DNA from: Pristiophorus japonicus
Taxonomy: Eukaryota
Direction: 5' to 3'
Length of the DNA: 64,000 bases
Assembly (NCBI RefSeq): GCF_044704955.1
Contig: NC_091984.1
Location: forward strand, 148,118,001-148,182,000
Positions 50,916-62,499 of the stretch are shown here, one piece after another; within the stretch, counting starts at the first letter, position 1, and the number at the start of each line of letters is the position of its first letter. The translations under genes were made by a program, and so were the position numbers. The notes beneath the pieces are model-generated. The model saw only the letters and a program-made list of their open reading frames with translations, was not told the origin of the DNA and made no database searches.

Positions 50916-53292
50916 CTTTAGCCGAGAATTTCCCCGGTGTGGTGCCAGCCATTTAGAGGGTTTTGTTGAAATAATCGCAGCCGCCTTGCTTGCGGCCCGG
51001 GACATGTCATCCACCATTTTGGTTAGGGCCTTACCGCAGTCGTTGGCAGCACTCGCCTCACAATGAGGATTGTCAGATGGTGACACCAATGCCTGGCTCG
51101 AGCCATGACTGTTAATTGGGGCGTTTGCGCTCACCATATGGCCCTGCCCTAAGCACACACAGAAAAGCAGGCGTGAAGCAGCCCTGCACAGATGCTGTTG
51201 GTGCTTCTTAACGGGCCACACATCTTTCAGGTATGTTGGCATTTAAGCTCTGGACTGTTTAAAACAATATACTTTATGGAAGTAGTGGCTTGGTGCAATA
51301 AATGTTCAATGCTTTTTCAGTGTGCAGGGAATGCAAGGGGTGCTGCTGGACATGTTCAAGGCCTTGGGTGGTAAAGAAAGGTCCCTGCAAAGATCAGGAA
51401 TGCTGGAAATACTCAGCAGGCCAGGCAGCATCCATGGAGAGAGACAGAGTTAATGTTTCAGCTCAAGATGCTGCCTGACCTGCTGAGTATTTCCAGCATT
51501 TACTGCCTTTATTTCAGATTTCCAGCTTCTGCTCGCAAAGGGAGGAGGAGGAAGTGGAAGGAAGGAGGCAACCCAGACAGCCGCTTTCTGGCCGGGATAT
51601 CTGGGATCGAATCATCGCCTGTGGTCCCAGTGACCACAACCCCAATCCCCTTTCAGCATTAGTCCCACACCTTACCGTCCCTCTGTTACTGACCATCACA
51701 GCGTCCTCTTGGCCACAATGCTGAAATAAAAGCCCCCACAAAGCAAACTTTTCAATCCAACTTTATCCATATCTGCATCCAATAATACATCAAAAGATCA
51801 ACTGATCGCCATTAGTCACTGTCTTGTGTGTGTCTTTGCCTATCGTACTGATGTCACGCAGTGCTACCCCAGGGGCTGCAGCAGGGCTGCTGGAAGGCTG
51901 CTGACTTTCAGTGGGGGACACTGCAGATGGCCTTGCTGGTCGACCTTGAGGAGCGGGTGGCTGGGAGTGAGAAATCGAGTGATGGTGTGCCTTCACTCTC
52001 CTCTCGCTCTGCTTGGTCACCCGTGGGCTGGGCAGGCTGGATTTGGGTGTGTGAAATGAGGAAGGGTGGAGTTGTGGTGAGGGGAGGCGGGAAAGCAAGA
52101 GCTGCCTGCTTACACCCTGCACACCTTGTAAATTAGAAGCGATTCTAATTCTGAGGGGGGAAGTGGGACGTGAGAAGGAAGATAACGTACGAGGATACCA
52201 GCATCTTATATCTCAGCCATGCCCCTGCCAAGAATGGCCTACAGCGTCTTCTCCAAGGGGGTGAGGTGAGGCTGGGACTGGGAGGTGTGCCTGGTGTTTG
52301 GTACAGATTGTTGGTACGTGAGCGATTGTGGGGGGCAGGGGGTCGGACATTAAGCAGTGTGCGAGGTTAGTGGTGCAGTTGGTAGGAGACGGCTTTTGAA
52401 GATGCTCGACCTGACCTTGACCAGTGGTCTGAGGGCATGAAACTTCTGTGGGCAGTGGTGCCAGATGGTGGGGGCGACATTGCATCCAATATTAGATCAA
52501 AAAGCCCACTAATCCCCCTGTGCATTCCCTTGGTGTCTGCCTTGTGTGTGTCTTTGCCTGTCCGAGTGCTCCTATGCACTGATACCCCAGGGGCTGCAGC
52601 ATGGCTGCTGGAAGGCTGCTGACTTTCAGTTGGGGAGACTGGTGATGGCCTTGGAGAGCGACCTCGAGCAGCTCTGGGCCTGGAAGGCCCGGCTGCGGAC
52701 TGTACCACCTCGGCCTTGGCGGCAGCAGTCTGGGCTGGCTGGCTGACAGACAACAGCATCGACACTGGCGGAGTGGCAGTGGTGGGATTAGAAATGCTGT
52801 CATTCTGAGAGAGGGCAGTAGGTTTGTGCACCACGGAGCCACTGCCACTCCCCTGGGGGGAGGGGGCGCATCATTCCTGGGGGACAGATTACTGGTCTGC
52901 TGTGACACCCTGCAAGCCCTTTGAACACTGGAATTTGCAGCCATGATGGCAGCAGTCTGAGATTTCATGGCGTTGGGTGGCTGCTGCTTGTGCTGCAATG
53001 GAAGCCGAGACATCGACCATCAGACGCTGCATCATGGCCGGGTCCACAAGGGCCCCAATGGAGTGGGCCACCATTCCGTGCTGGAAAGGATGGGCTCCAA
53101 GCTCTGCACAAAGCCCTGTGCCAAGCTGGTGCCCGACTGCTCCGTGCTCCTTGACATTGAGTGCAGGCTTTCTGGCAGACTTCCCAATACACCAAGCATT
53201 TCATTGTACATACCCATCAGCCTTCTTCTGTAGCCCGCCCATCGCAGTACTCATCTGAGTCCTCTACACCAGAACCCGTGTGTGACCTCACC

Positions 53293-53527
53293 TGATATGT
53301 CCTTACTATACAGTATAAATGCACACGAGGCCCATGCTTGAGAGAAGGTCAGTCTGTGACCTGTCCTTTATTCCTTAGCACTCCAAGTGATGAAGGTGGG
53401 TGGAGCTTCCCCTTTTGTACCTGAAGGCCCAGATTAGGAGTGTCTCCCACCTAGTGGTCATTGTTCTCACAGTGTACAACTTTGGCCAGATTATACATGG
53501 GTTACAATGCTGGTTGAATACATGACA
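53293..53527 (-). mobile_element. Solo LTR (235 bp)
   Basis: TG...CA ends, perfect 5-bp TSD TCACC (53288-53292 and 53528-53532), AATAAA on the minus strand at ~53372-53367. Confidence 0.85.
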
Positions 53528-54249
53528 TCACCCTCCGGCGAGCTGGAACCTGCGCCACCCTTGCCCCCTGCCCTGGCTGCAGGCCCCTCGTGCCCGGTGT
53601 CTCACCACGTGCCTCCACACTACCCTCTACATTATACGCAGTGTCAGTATCTGAGCTGGTGGCTGCGAGTGTGAAATGGAGGGACGGTGTGTCTTCACCA
53701 TCATGTCTTCTGTCTTTTCCACCTCTTGCTCTTCCAACACTGCCTGGCCAAGTGGCAGTTCCTGGGTATGTAAAAGGAGAAAGGTACAAGGGGAGGGTTG
53801 CAGTGCGGGGAGGGTGGTGGGGGGGTCGCTGTAAGAGGGTCATGCTTTACACCATCTGCAGCTTGTAAATCAGAAGGGATTGTGGACTGAGGGGGACGTG
53901 GGATGTGAGAAGGAGGATTAGGTACGGCCATACCATCATCTTCTATGTTTCTGCCCCGCCACTGGCCACGAGCTCAGCGATGGGCACGCCAATGATGGCG
54001 AGCACCGTCTCCTCCACGGGGGTAAGGACATCTGGGCGCGCCTGCCCCCCGCCACTGAGCTCCTGCTGCCTCGGGTTCTGGGCCACCTTGCTCTGCAAGA
54101 GAGGGAAGTGTATCGGTGAGTGTGGTGCCATGTGTTTGGGTGATGTGCCATGGTTGAATAGCTGGCAGTATGTGCAAGCTGTGAGATGTGGGCATGAGGC
54201 TTGCAGCAGAATCTAAGTGTGTGAGGGTGAGGTGAAGCTGTGAGTGTGG

Positions 54250-54560
54250 ATGTTTCCCCTCATGGGGGAATCTGGAACTAGGGGGCATAGTCTTAGAATA
54301 AGGGGTCCCCATTTAAGATGGAGATGAGGAGGAATTTCTTCTCTCGGCGGGTCGTGAATATTTGGAATTCTCTTCCCCAGAGATCTATGGAGGCTGGATC
54401 ATTGAATATATTTAAGGCTGAGATAGACAGATTCTTGCGTTATGGGGAACAGGCAGGAAAGTGGAGGTGAGGCCAAGATCAAATCAGCCATGATCTTATT
54501 GAATGGTGGACCAGCTCGAGGGGCCGTATGGCCCACTCCTGCTCCTATTCCTTATGTTCT
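54250..54560 (+). mobile_element. CR1 3' end inserted in the Harbinger intron
   Basis: MFPLMGESGTRGHSLRIRG...; ttatgttc tail. Confidence 0.8.
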
Positions 54561-55242
54561 TGTACATGAGTCCTGATTGCTAGAGATTGTTGGTAGTGGG
54601 TGATGGGGGTGTGGTGCATTGAGCAATGTGTGAGACTAGTGGAGCAGTTGGTGGGACACGGCATTTGAAAATGAATTCACCGACATTGACCATCCTCATG
54701 AGGTCATTGAACATTTGGCGGCACTGCATCCCGGTCCTCGGATCCTGGAGTCACTGCCTTCGAAACGTTTGTCTGGTGAAGTCTCCTTGCCCCCTGTGAG
54801 TAGAGAACATCTCTCCCCCTCGGCACCTCCTCCTCCAAGGCCTCCAGTGCAGCGCTGGAGGATCTTGGAGCCGGCTCTCTCCCCTGTTGTGTCATCAGTA
54901 CGTCTTGGTCTAGGTCAGAATGTCTTCCACAGCCACTTCCAGCACCTGCTCCAGACACATTTCACTTGTCCATTAAGAGGTGCAGGCCAGCTTTAACTGG
55001 TGCCAGCCTCACACAACCTTGGGCCCCGGGCGCTGAGGCCTGTAGCCACTCAACAGCACAGTTAGTGCTGGGTGCACGCACCAATCATGTAGGTTAGCAG
55101 GCAGCACAACGTTAGCTTGCTGCCTGCATCGGGAGCTACGGGCGTGGGTTAATCCCGCATCATGATCCTCGCGCCCATTTGCAGGGCCTATCGAATTTAT
55201 TCCCCATAGAGTCCGTGATCATAGAGATTCTGCACCGTGTGA

Positions 55243-55373
55243 GGGAGGGGATTAAATGGGTGGGAGAGTCCATGATAGGGTCGGGTGTACATGGTGTGTG
55301 GGAGGGGATTAAATGGGTGGTAGGGTCCATTATAGGGTCGGGTGTACATGGTGTGTGGGAGGGGATTAAATGA
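55243..55373 (+). repeat. 57-bp tandem repeat (~2.3 copies)
   Basis: ggaggggattaaatg... restarts at ~55244, 55301 and 55358. Confidence 0.85.
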
Positions 55374-55848
55374 GCTAATGGGTAAAAGGCCTTTTCTCAT
55401 TCCAGGTATTTGATATTTTGAAGGAAAATGAAACTAGGGAGAGTTCCACTCGCTCCCCCGTGACCTTGGGAATTATGGTTGGGTGAAAGAAAGAAAAAGA
55501 CAGACTTGCATTTATATAGCGCCTTTCACATCTTCAGGATGACAAAGCGCTTTACAGCCAATGAAGTACTTTTTGAAGTGTAGTCACTGTTGTAACGTGG
55601 CAGCCAATTTGTGCACAGCAAGATCCCACAAACAGCAATGTGATAATGAGCTGATAATCTGTTTCAGTGATGATGGTTGAGGGTGAAAGAAGAAAGTGTG
55701 TCCTATTCTCCTGAACTGTCAGCCCATGGGTTTTTTATTCATTCATGGAATGTGGGCGCTGCTGACAAGGCCGGCATTTATTATAAGAACATGAGAAATA
55801 TGAGCAGGAGTAGGCTATTTTGCCCCTCGAGCCTGCTCCGCCATTTAA

Positions 55849-58800
55849 TAAAAAGCAAGGGACCCAGTACTGAGCCCTGCGGAACCACACTGGATACAGG
55901 CTTCCAGTAAGAAAAACACCCATCAACCATTACCCTTTGCTAACTGCCTCTGAACCAATTTTGGATCCAACTTGTCACTTTGCCCTGGATCCCATGGGCT
56001 ATTACTTTTGTGACCAGTCTGTAATGTGGGACCTTAACAAAAGCCTTGTTAAAATCCATATCCACTGCATCATACGCACTGCCCTCATCGACTCTCCTTG
56101 TTATCTCCTCAAAAAATTCAATCAAGTTATTCAGACACGACCTTCCCTTAACAAATCCATGCTGACTGTCCTTGATTAATCCGTGTTTTGTTAAATGAAG
56201 ATTCCTCCTATCCCGCCCCCGAGGTTAGGCTGACTGACCTGTAGTGACTCGATCTATCCCTTGCTCCCTTTTTAAACAAAGGTACCACGTTTGCAGTCCT
56301 CCAGTCCTCCGGTACCTGGGATTGCAATGTCAGCATCGCCCCTCTCGGCCAGTTCGGTCAGTAGTGGTGCTACCGAGCCACTCTTGGTGATGGACAGTGA
56401 AGTCCCCCACCCAGAGTACATTCTGTGTCCTCGCTCCTCTGAGTGCTTCTTCCAAGTGGTGTTCAACATGGAGGAGTACTGATTCATCAGCTGAGGGAGG
56501 GCGGGAGGTGGTAATCAGCAGGAGGTTTCATTGCCCGTGTTTGACCTGATGCCATGAGACTTCATGGGGTCCGAAGTCAATGTTGAGGACTCCCAGGGCC
56601 ACTCCCTCCCGACTGTTTGCACTGGGAGGGACATTGGCTGAAAGGTATGATTCTGTGAGTAGGACTATGTCAGGCTGGTGCTTGACTAGTCTGTGGGACA
56701 GCTCTCCCACTTTTGACATAAGTCCCCAGATGTTGGTGAGGAGGATGTTGCAGGGTCAGCACTGAGCCTGGGTTCGCTGTCCTAGCCAGTCCGAGCTGCT
56801 GTTATTCTGCCTGATTGGACGGTTATTATTAAAGACTCAGACCACAGCAGAAATCCCCCGTGCAAAAAATAACTGATGAGATTGTCAGATCGGAAGAATA
56901 AAACTTCACCCATAGAGGAAATGAAAGAGGAAGGTTGTCACAGCTGTACGTTTGTTAATGACATGGGAGAAAACTGTGAACCGTACTCACAGCCTAGAAT
57001 CTTACAGCACAGAAGGAGGCCATTCGGCCATTCGTGCCTGTGCTGGCTCTTTGAAAGATTTACCCAATTAGTCCCACTCCTCCCCTGTTAAAGAACGTAA
57101 GAAATAGGACCAGGAGTCGGCCACACGGTCCTTTGAGCCTGCTCCGCCATTTAATACGACCATGGCTGATCCGATCATGGATTCAGGACCACTTCCCACC
57201 CCGCTCCCCATAACCCCTTATTCCCTTGTCGGTTAAGAAACTGCCTATCTCTGCATTATATTTATTCAATGACCCAGCTTCCACAGCTCTCTGAGGCAGC
57301 GAATTCCACAGATTTACAACCCACTGAGAGAAGAAATTCCTCCTCATCTGTTTTAAATGGGGCACCCCTTATTCTTAGATTGTGCCCTCTAGTTCTATTC
57401 TCCCCCATCAGTGGAAACATCCTCTCTGCATCCAACGTGTCAAGCCCCCTCATAACCTTATATGTTTCGATAAGATCACCTCTCATTCCTCTGAATTCCA
57501 ATGAGTAGAGACCCAACCTACTTAACCTTTCCTCAGAAATCAACATCCTCATCTCCTGAATCAACCTAATGAACCTTCTCTGACCTGCCTCCAAAGCAAG
57601 TATATCCTTTCTTAAACATGGAATCCAAAATTAGTGTGTCCACATCAATACCCTGTATAGCTGTAGCAAGACTTCCCTGCTTTTATACTCCGTCCCCTTT
57701 GCAATAAAGGCCAAGATTCCATTGGCCTTTCTGATCACTTACTGTATCTGCATACTAACTTTTTGTGTTTCATGCACAAGTACCCGCTGCACCACAGCAC
57801 TTTGCAATCTTTCTCCATTTAAATAATAACTTGCTCTTTGAATTTTTCTGCCAAAGTGCATGATCTCACACTTTCCAACATGACACTCCATCTGCCAAAT
57901 CTTTGCCCACTCACTTAGCCTGCCTACGTCCTTTTGCAGGTTTTCTGTATCCTTGTCACACATTGCTTTTCCTCCCATCGTTGTATCATCAGGAAACTTG
58001 ACTACATTATATTCGGTTACATCATCCAAGTCGTCAATATATATTGTAAATAGTTGGGGTCCCAGCACTGATCCCTGCGGCACCCCACTAGTTACTGATT
58101 CCCAACCCGAGAATGAACCATTTTTGCAGACTCTCTGTTTTCTGTTAGTTAGCCAATCGTCTATACATGCTAATATATTACCCTCAACCCCGTGACCTTT
58201 TATCTTATGCAGTAACCTCTTATGTGGCATCTTGTCAAATGCCTTCTGGAGGTCCAAATACACCACATCCACTGGTTCCCCTTTATCTACCCTGCTCGTT
58301 ACATCCTCAAAGAATTCTGCAACTTTATCAAACATGACTTCCCCTTCATAAATCCATGCTTACTGTGCCTGACTAAATTATGCTTATCCAAATGTCCTGC
58401 TACTGCTTCTTTAATAATGGACTCCGACATTTTCCCAACCACAGATGTTAGGCGAACTGATCGAAAGTTTTCTGCTTTTTGTCTACCTCCTTTTTTAAAT
58501 AGGGGCGTTACATTTGCAGTTTTACAATCTGCTGGGACCTCCCAAGAATACAGGGAATTTTGGTAAATTACAACCAATGCATCCATTGTCCCTGCCACGA
58601 CTTTTCATAACACCTTGGTATGCAAGCCATCAGGTCCAGGGGATTTATCCGCCTTTAGTCCCATTATCTTACTGAGTACCACCTCCTTAGTGATTGTGAT
58701 TGTGTTAAGTTCCTCGCCCCCGTAACCCAGCAAATTGTTCCTTTTCAAGTATATATCCAATTCCCTCTTGCAGACCTGAGCCCACAGCACGAGACTGCCC

Positions 58801-59232
58801 CTAACCTGGGCACAACATTGGCATCTCATTCTTTCACTGGGACAGGAAATGCCTGGTGTGAGAAATGGAGCCCAGGGCTCTGAACATTCCCTCTCCTCTC
58901 CTGAGGAAGGCTTCATGCTGGGATCCAGTTCCATGGGCCCCGACAGCACGATCCAACCTCACCCACTTCCCCATTCCACGTGTGTAAGCCTGGACCCTCT
59001 CAGCAGGATATCCGACTGCAGGAGGCCTCACCACTGTGTCCAGCACTGTCCTCACCCGAAATCCACACACAGGCTGCATTGATCGGGTGCCTTTAATGTG
59101 CCAAAGCTCTCAAGACGCTTCACATCGCTGCTGTAAGAACTGGGGGAGCGGGGGTTGGGGAGGCTTTAGGAAGGGTGATTGAAGGCCTGGGTGAAAGGAT
59201 GGCGTTTGATGGAGGAGAGAGAGCTGGAGAGG
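55849..59232 (+). repeat. Segmental duplication module, copy B, interrupted by a minus-strand CR1 (57088-58715)
   Basis: Colinear with 2768-4555 once the CR1 is removed. Confidence 0.9.
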
Positions 59233-59474
59233 AGGCGGGATTAAAACCGGGAGTTCAGAGATCGGGGACGAGGTGTCTGAAGACTCTGCCCATCAACAGT
59301 GGGATGCACGAAGCAGCGATGGGTAAGAGGCTGGAGTGAGGAGACCGAAGGGCCCGGGGCGGGGGTGGGGGTGGGGTGTAGCTCAGCAGGACGCAGAGGT
59401 ACGGTGGAGAGAGGCCATGGAGGGAATCGGAGACAAGGCTTTCAAACTTGATGTGTTGGGGGTTGAGGGAGGCA

Positions 59475-60550
59475 GTGTAGGTCAGTGAGGTTATGGGGAG
59501 AAGGTCAGTGAGGTCAGGGGCAGTAGGTCAAGGGTGAGAGGTATTCGGTCTGGGGTAGTAGGTCAGTGGCAGTAGGTTAGTGAGGTCAGTAGCCGTAGGT
59601 CAGTGAGGTCAGGGGTAGTAGGTCAAAGGTCAGGGGTAGTAGGTCAGTGAAGTTGTAAGGTTTACACATTTCATGATCGAGGCTCAGCAAGAGGCCACAG
59701 ACTGAAATGGTTTAAAAGAAACCTTTGGGACTGTTGGGCGGGAGAAAGATTGCCAGCCAGGGGCAGGTGGTGACTGATAACTGATTAGTGCGATTCCTGG
59801 GGTCAGGAACGAGACCCGATTAACATCGAGACAAAGGGTTTGATACAATCAAGCAGAGGAGCCCATGGAATAATTAGCCGGAGGGGAAAACCAGTTCCCT
59901 CTGGAGACTCCATGTCTGCGAAAACCCAGGCTAACAAAGGATCCCACAAGGTGTGCATTTTTGGATAACGGGGCACAAAAGATAAGGAGTTATCTTTTGC
60001 CCTGTCGATTCTGTGTGTGAATTGTGGCCATCCGAACATATCCAGACCCATCATCACAGCCATCGAGACTCATCCAGATACATTATCTGAAAGGCAGCCC
60101 AGCAGGAGATGTGTATAATCGAATGGATATATCTGTAAGAGCTGAGAACAAGAACTCAGAGAGAGGAACAACAGGTCGAAGAAACACCTCAGACCAGCAG
60201 GTCAATGAACTACAGCCATGAAGCAGCAGCGGGGACCCAACACCTTCCCTCGCTCCACGAGCCGACAATCGACAACAGCAGCAACTGGCTGGAAGGGCAA
60301 TTGTATGTCTTCGGTCAATCTCTAAGAAGTCTTGCTGCGTAATGTTTATTTGGTTTTTGTGTAATAAACAAACAGTTGGGTTAAGCCTAAACTTTGCATT
60401 ACGTGGAGTCTTTCCCGTAATTCCCGAGGTTCATGAATCAGAGAAGAGTGGGAAACCAACAACCTACAAGGTCAGGGGTAGTAGGTCAGTGAGGTCAGGG
60501 GTAGTAGGTCAGTGAGGTCAGGGGTAGTAGGTCAGTGAGGTCAGGGGTCA
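59475..60550 (+). repeat. 23-bp AGGTCA-rich minisatellite split by a solo LTR
   Basis: Unit aggtcagtgaggtcaggggtagt; degenerate at 59475-59653, clean at 60469-60550. Confidence 0.9.
59654..60468 (+). mobile_element. Solo LTR (815 bp)
   Basis: TGTA...TACA termini, TSD AAGT/AGGT (1 mismatch), AATAAA at 60363; inserted into a tandem repeat unit. Confidence 0.75.
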
Positions 60551-60795
60551 TATTGGAACAGCACTTGGTGTGAGGCAGGGTATGGACACTGCATTTTGGA
60601 AAGTTGGGTTTTATGGAGAGTGGATGAAGGAAGCTGGGAGGGGACATCGGAATAATCGAATGTGGCGATGAGACAAGCTCAGCTAAGGGTTTCTTCCATC
60701 AAGGGGCTGATGTAGGGTGGAGATGGGCAATGTTGGAGATGGAAATAAGAGGCCGATGCAATAGAGAGGGTGTGGGGTTCGAAGTTCAGTCTTTG

Positions 60796-61052
60796 GAGGA
60801 CCAATAGGAAGGAGCCATATTTCCTGGACCCGATTCGAGAACCAATGGGAAGGAGCCATGTTTCCTGTGCCCTATTGGAGGTCCAATAGGAAGGAGCCCG
60901 ATTTCCTATTCCCTATTGGAGAACCAATAGGAAGGATCCATGTTTCCTGGTCCCTGTTCGGGGACGAATAGGAAGGAGCCAGGTTTCCTGTTCACTACTG
61001 GGGGACCAATAGGAAGGAGCCATGTTTCCTGGGCCCTATTGGAGGACCAGTG
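60796..61052 (+). repeat. 41-bp minisatellite x~6
   Basis: Unit ~gaggaccaataggaaggagccatgtttcctgggccctattg. Confidence 0.9.
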
Positions 61053-61529
61053 GGATATGGAGTGCGGACCCTTCCTGTTGTAAACGTGCAATCGTCGGCA
61101 GCTGATCCCAGTAAAAACACCCTGAACCGGAGCGGGGCCATGGAAGGGGAAGGAAAGGGGAAGGGAATCGAAGATGTTCTGAGCAGACAGGATGGGGCAG
61201 TGGGTCAGACCCTGTCCTGTCGCTCCAGCTCACAATGATGGGGTGAGGATCTCCTCCCTCTGCTGGGCCTTCATGAAATGAGCTTTCTGTCCAATCCGGT
61301 CCCCACTGAGAATAGGGCCACAGCACAGAACGGCCCTTAACTGGGGAATAAACAGCTAGTTTACTGAGAGAGGCCAAGGGATGGCCACTGTGGGGAATGG
61401 GGCCTTACTCCAGGAGAAGGTATGGTCTGGGGTCAAGGGTTAACATCCATTGGTGGGGCAGGGCACAGGGAGGTTTACTCTGCATTTCAGTGTATTGCAC
61501 CTGGGAGTCTGTGGGGAAGAGAGAGGGAG

Positions 61530-61752
61530 AAAGAGGAAGTAATGGAGAGAGAGAGGGAGGGATGGAGAGAGAGGGGGGGATGGAGAGAGAGGGGGGGAAT
61601 GGAGAGAGGAAGGGAGAGGGAGGTGAAGAGGGAGGGAGACAGACGGGGAGAAGAAGAGGAAGTGAAATGTGCTGATGTGGCTTTCTCTGGGTGAAGACAT
61701 TTACATACTGAGAGATGGGCAGTGAGACTCTCTCAGGCTGCAGGTTTATAAA
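61530..61752 (+). promoter_or_regulatory. Ig V-kappa promoter
   Basis: PU.1 box AAGAGGAAGT 61531-61540; Ets-IRF element GAGGAAGTGAAA 61656-61667; octamer variant ATTTACAT 61699-61706; TATAAA 61747-61752, 60 nt before the ATG. Confidence 0.75.
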
Positions 61753-61811
61753 GCAGAGCCCAGTGAAGGGCAGTTTATCAGTAAGCAGGCACAGGGACAG
61801 GAGCAGACACC

Positions 61812-62375
61812 ATGATTTCACCCATCCAGCTGATCTGGCCTCTGGCATTCTGCGTCGCAGGTACCAATCTCTCTCCTTCCACGTTTAATATCTCCCTGCT
61901 GTCGATTTCTGTCCAACTCTACTGACCAGTGATTGAAGGGCAAATGCTGACACTAGAGGAGAGCTCAGTGTCTCGAGCAACCTCTCATTTTACAGCGTCT
62001 TTCTGTGACAGTGTTTACTTCACTTTCTTTCCCCATTTCCCCCTCAGGTATCAGTGGGGACGTCATCATGACCCAGTCTCCCCCGGTGCTGTCAGTGAGT
62101 GAGGGACAGACTGCAACCATCACCTATACCGCCAGTGCATCCGCCAGCAATGATGTTCATTGGTACCAGCAGAAAGCCGGGCAGAAACCCACTCTGCTGA
62201 TCTATAATGCAGTATCTCGTTTCACTGGAACCTCCAATCGCTTCACCGGCAGTTACCAGTCCAACACGTACACCCTGAGCATCAGCAACGTGCAGAGAGA
62301 AGATGTCGCAGTCTATTACTGTCAGCAATATTACAGCTCCCCTCACGTTCAGTAAAGGAACCAAGCTCAGACTGA
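61812..62375 (+). pseudogene. IGKV: Germline-joined Ig light chain L-VJ, shark kappa (type III/NS4-like), out of frame
   Basis: Leader exon 61812-61860 MISPIQLIWPLAFCVA(G), GT-AG intron 61861-62047. Exon 2 GISGDVIMTQSPPVLSV...ITYT...WYQQKAGQKPTLLIY...EDVAVYYCQQYYSSP is fused directly to J TFSKGTKLRL in the +1 frame. Donor GTAAGT at 62376. Confidence 0.95.
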
Positions 62376-62499
62376 GTAAGTAAACCCCAATGCTCCGTTA
62401 TTAACACTTTAAATACTGAATCTTTCCAAGACACAAATGCTGAATATGCGAAGGTGTTAGTTTACATATGATTACACTCGAGCCTCCCGTCTTTTCTCA

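Larger units (their letters stand above)
50920..55205 (-). mobile_element. Decayed PIF/Harbinger-type DNA transposon carrying a multi-exon Myb/SANT gene
   Basis: Exon ~54900-54690: REPAPRSSSAALEALEEEV..RDVLY...MQCRQMFNDLMR. Exon from acceptor at 54092: SKVAQN..SGGGQ....LTPVEETVLAIIG. These resemble NAIF1/Myb_DNA-bind_5-type proteins. Ends approximate. Confidence 0.65.

Noticed and set aside
60796-61052. CRISPR-like array of palindromic repeats
   Set aside because: Units are head-to-tail with no unique spacers, there are no cas genes, and the context is vertebrate.
28266-62375. VJ and C as one transcription unit
   Set aside because: They are on opposite strands and face away from each other; the VJ's own C exon must lie beyond the window.
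61812-62381. Processed (retroposed) Ig pseudogene
   Set aside because: Leader intron, promoter and J-C intron donor are present; no C sequence or poly(A) is attached.
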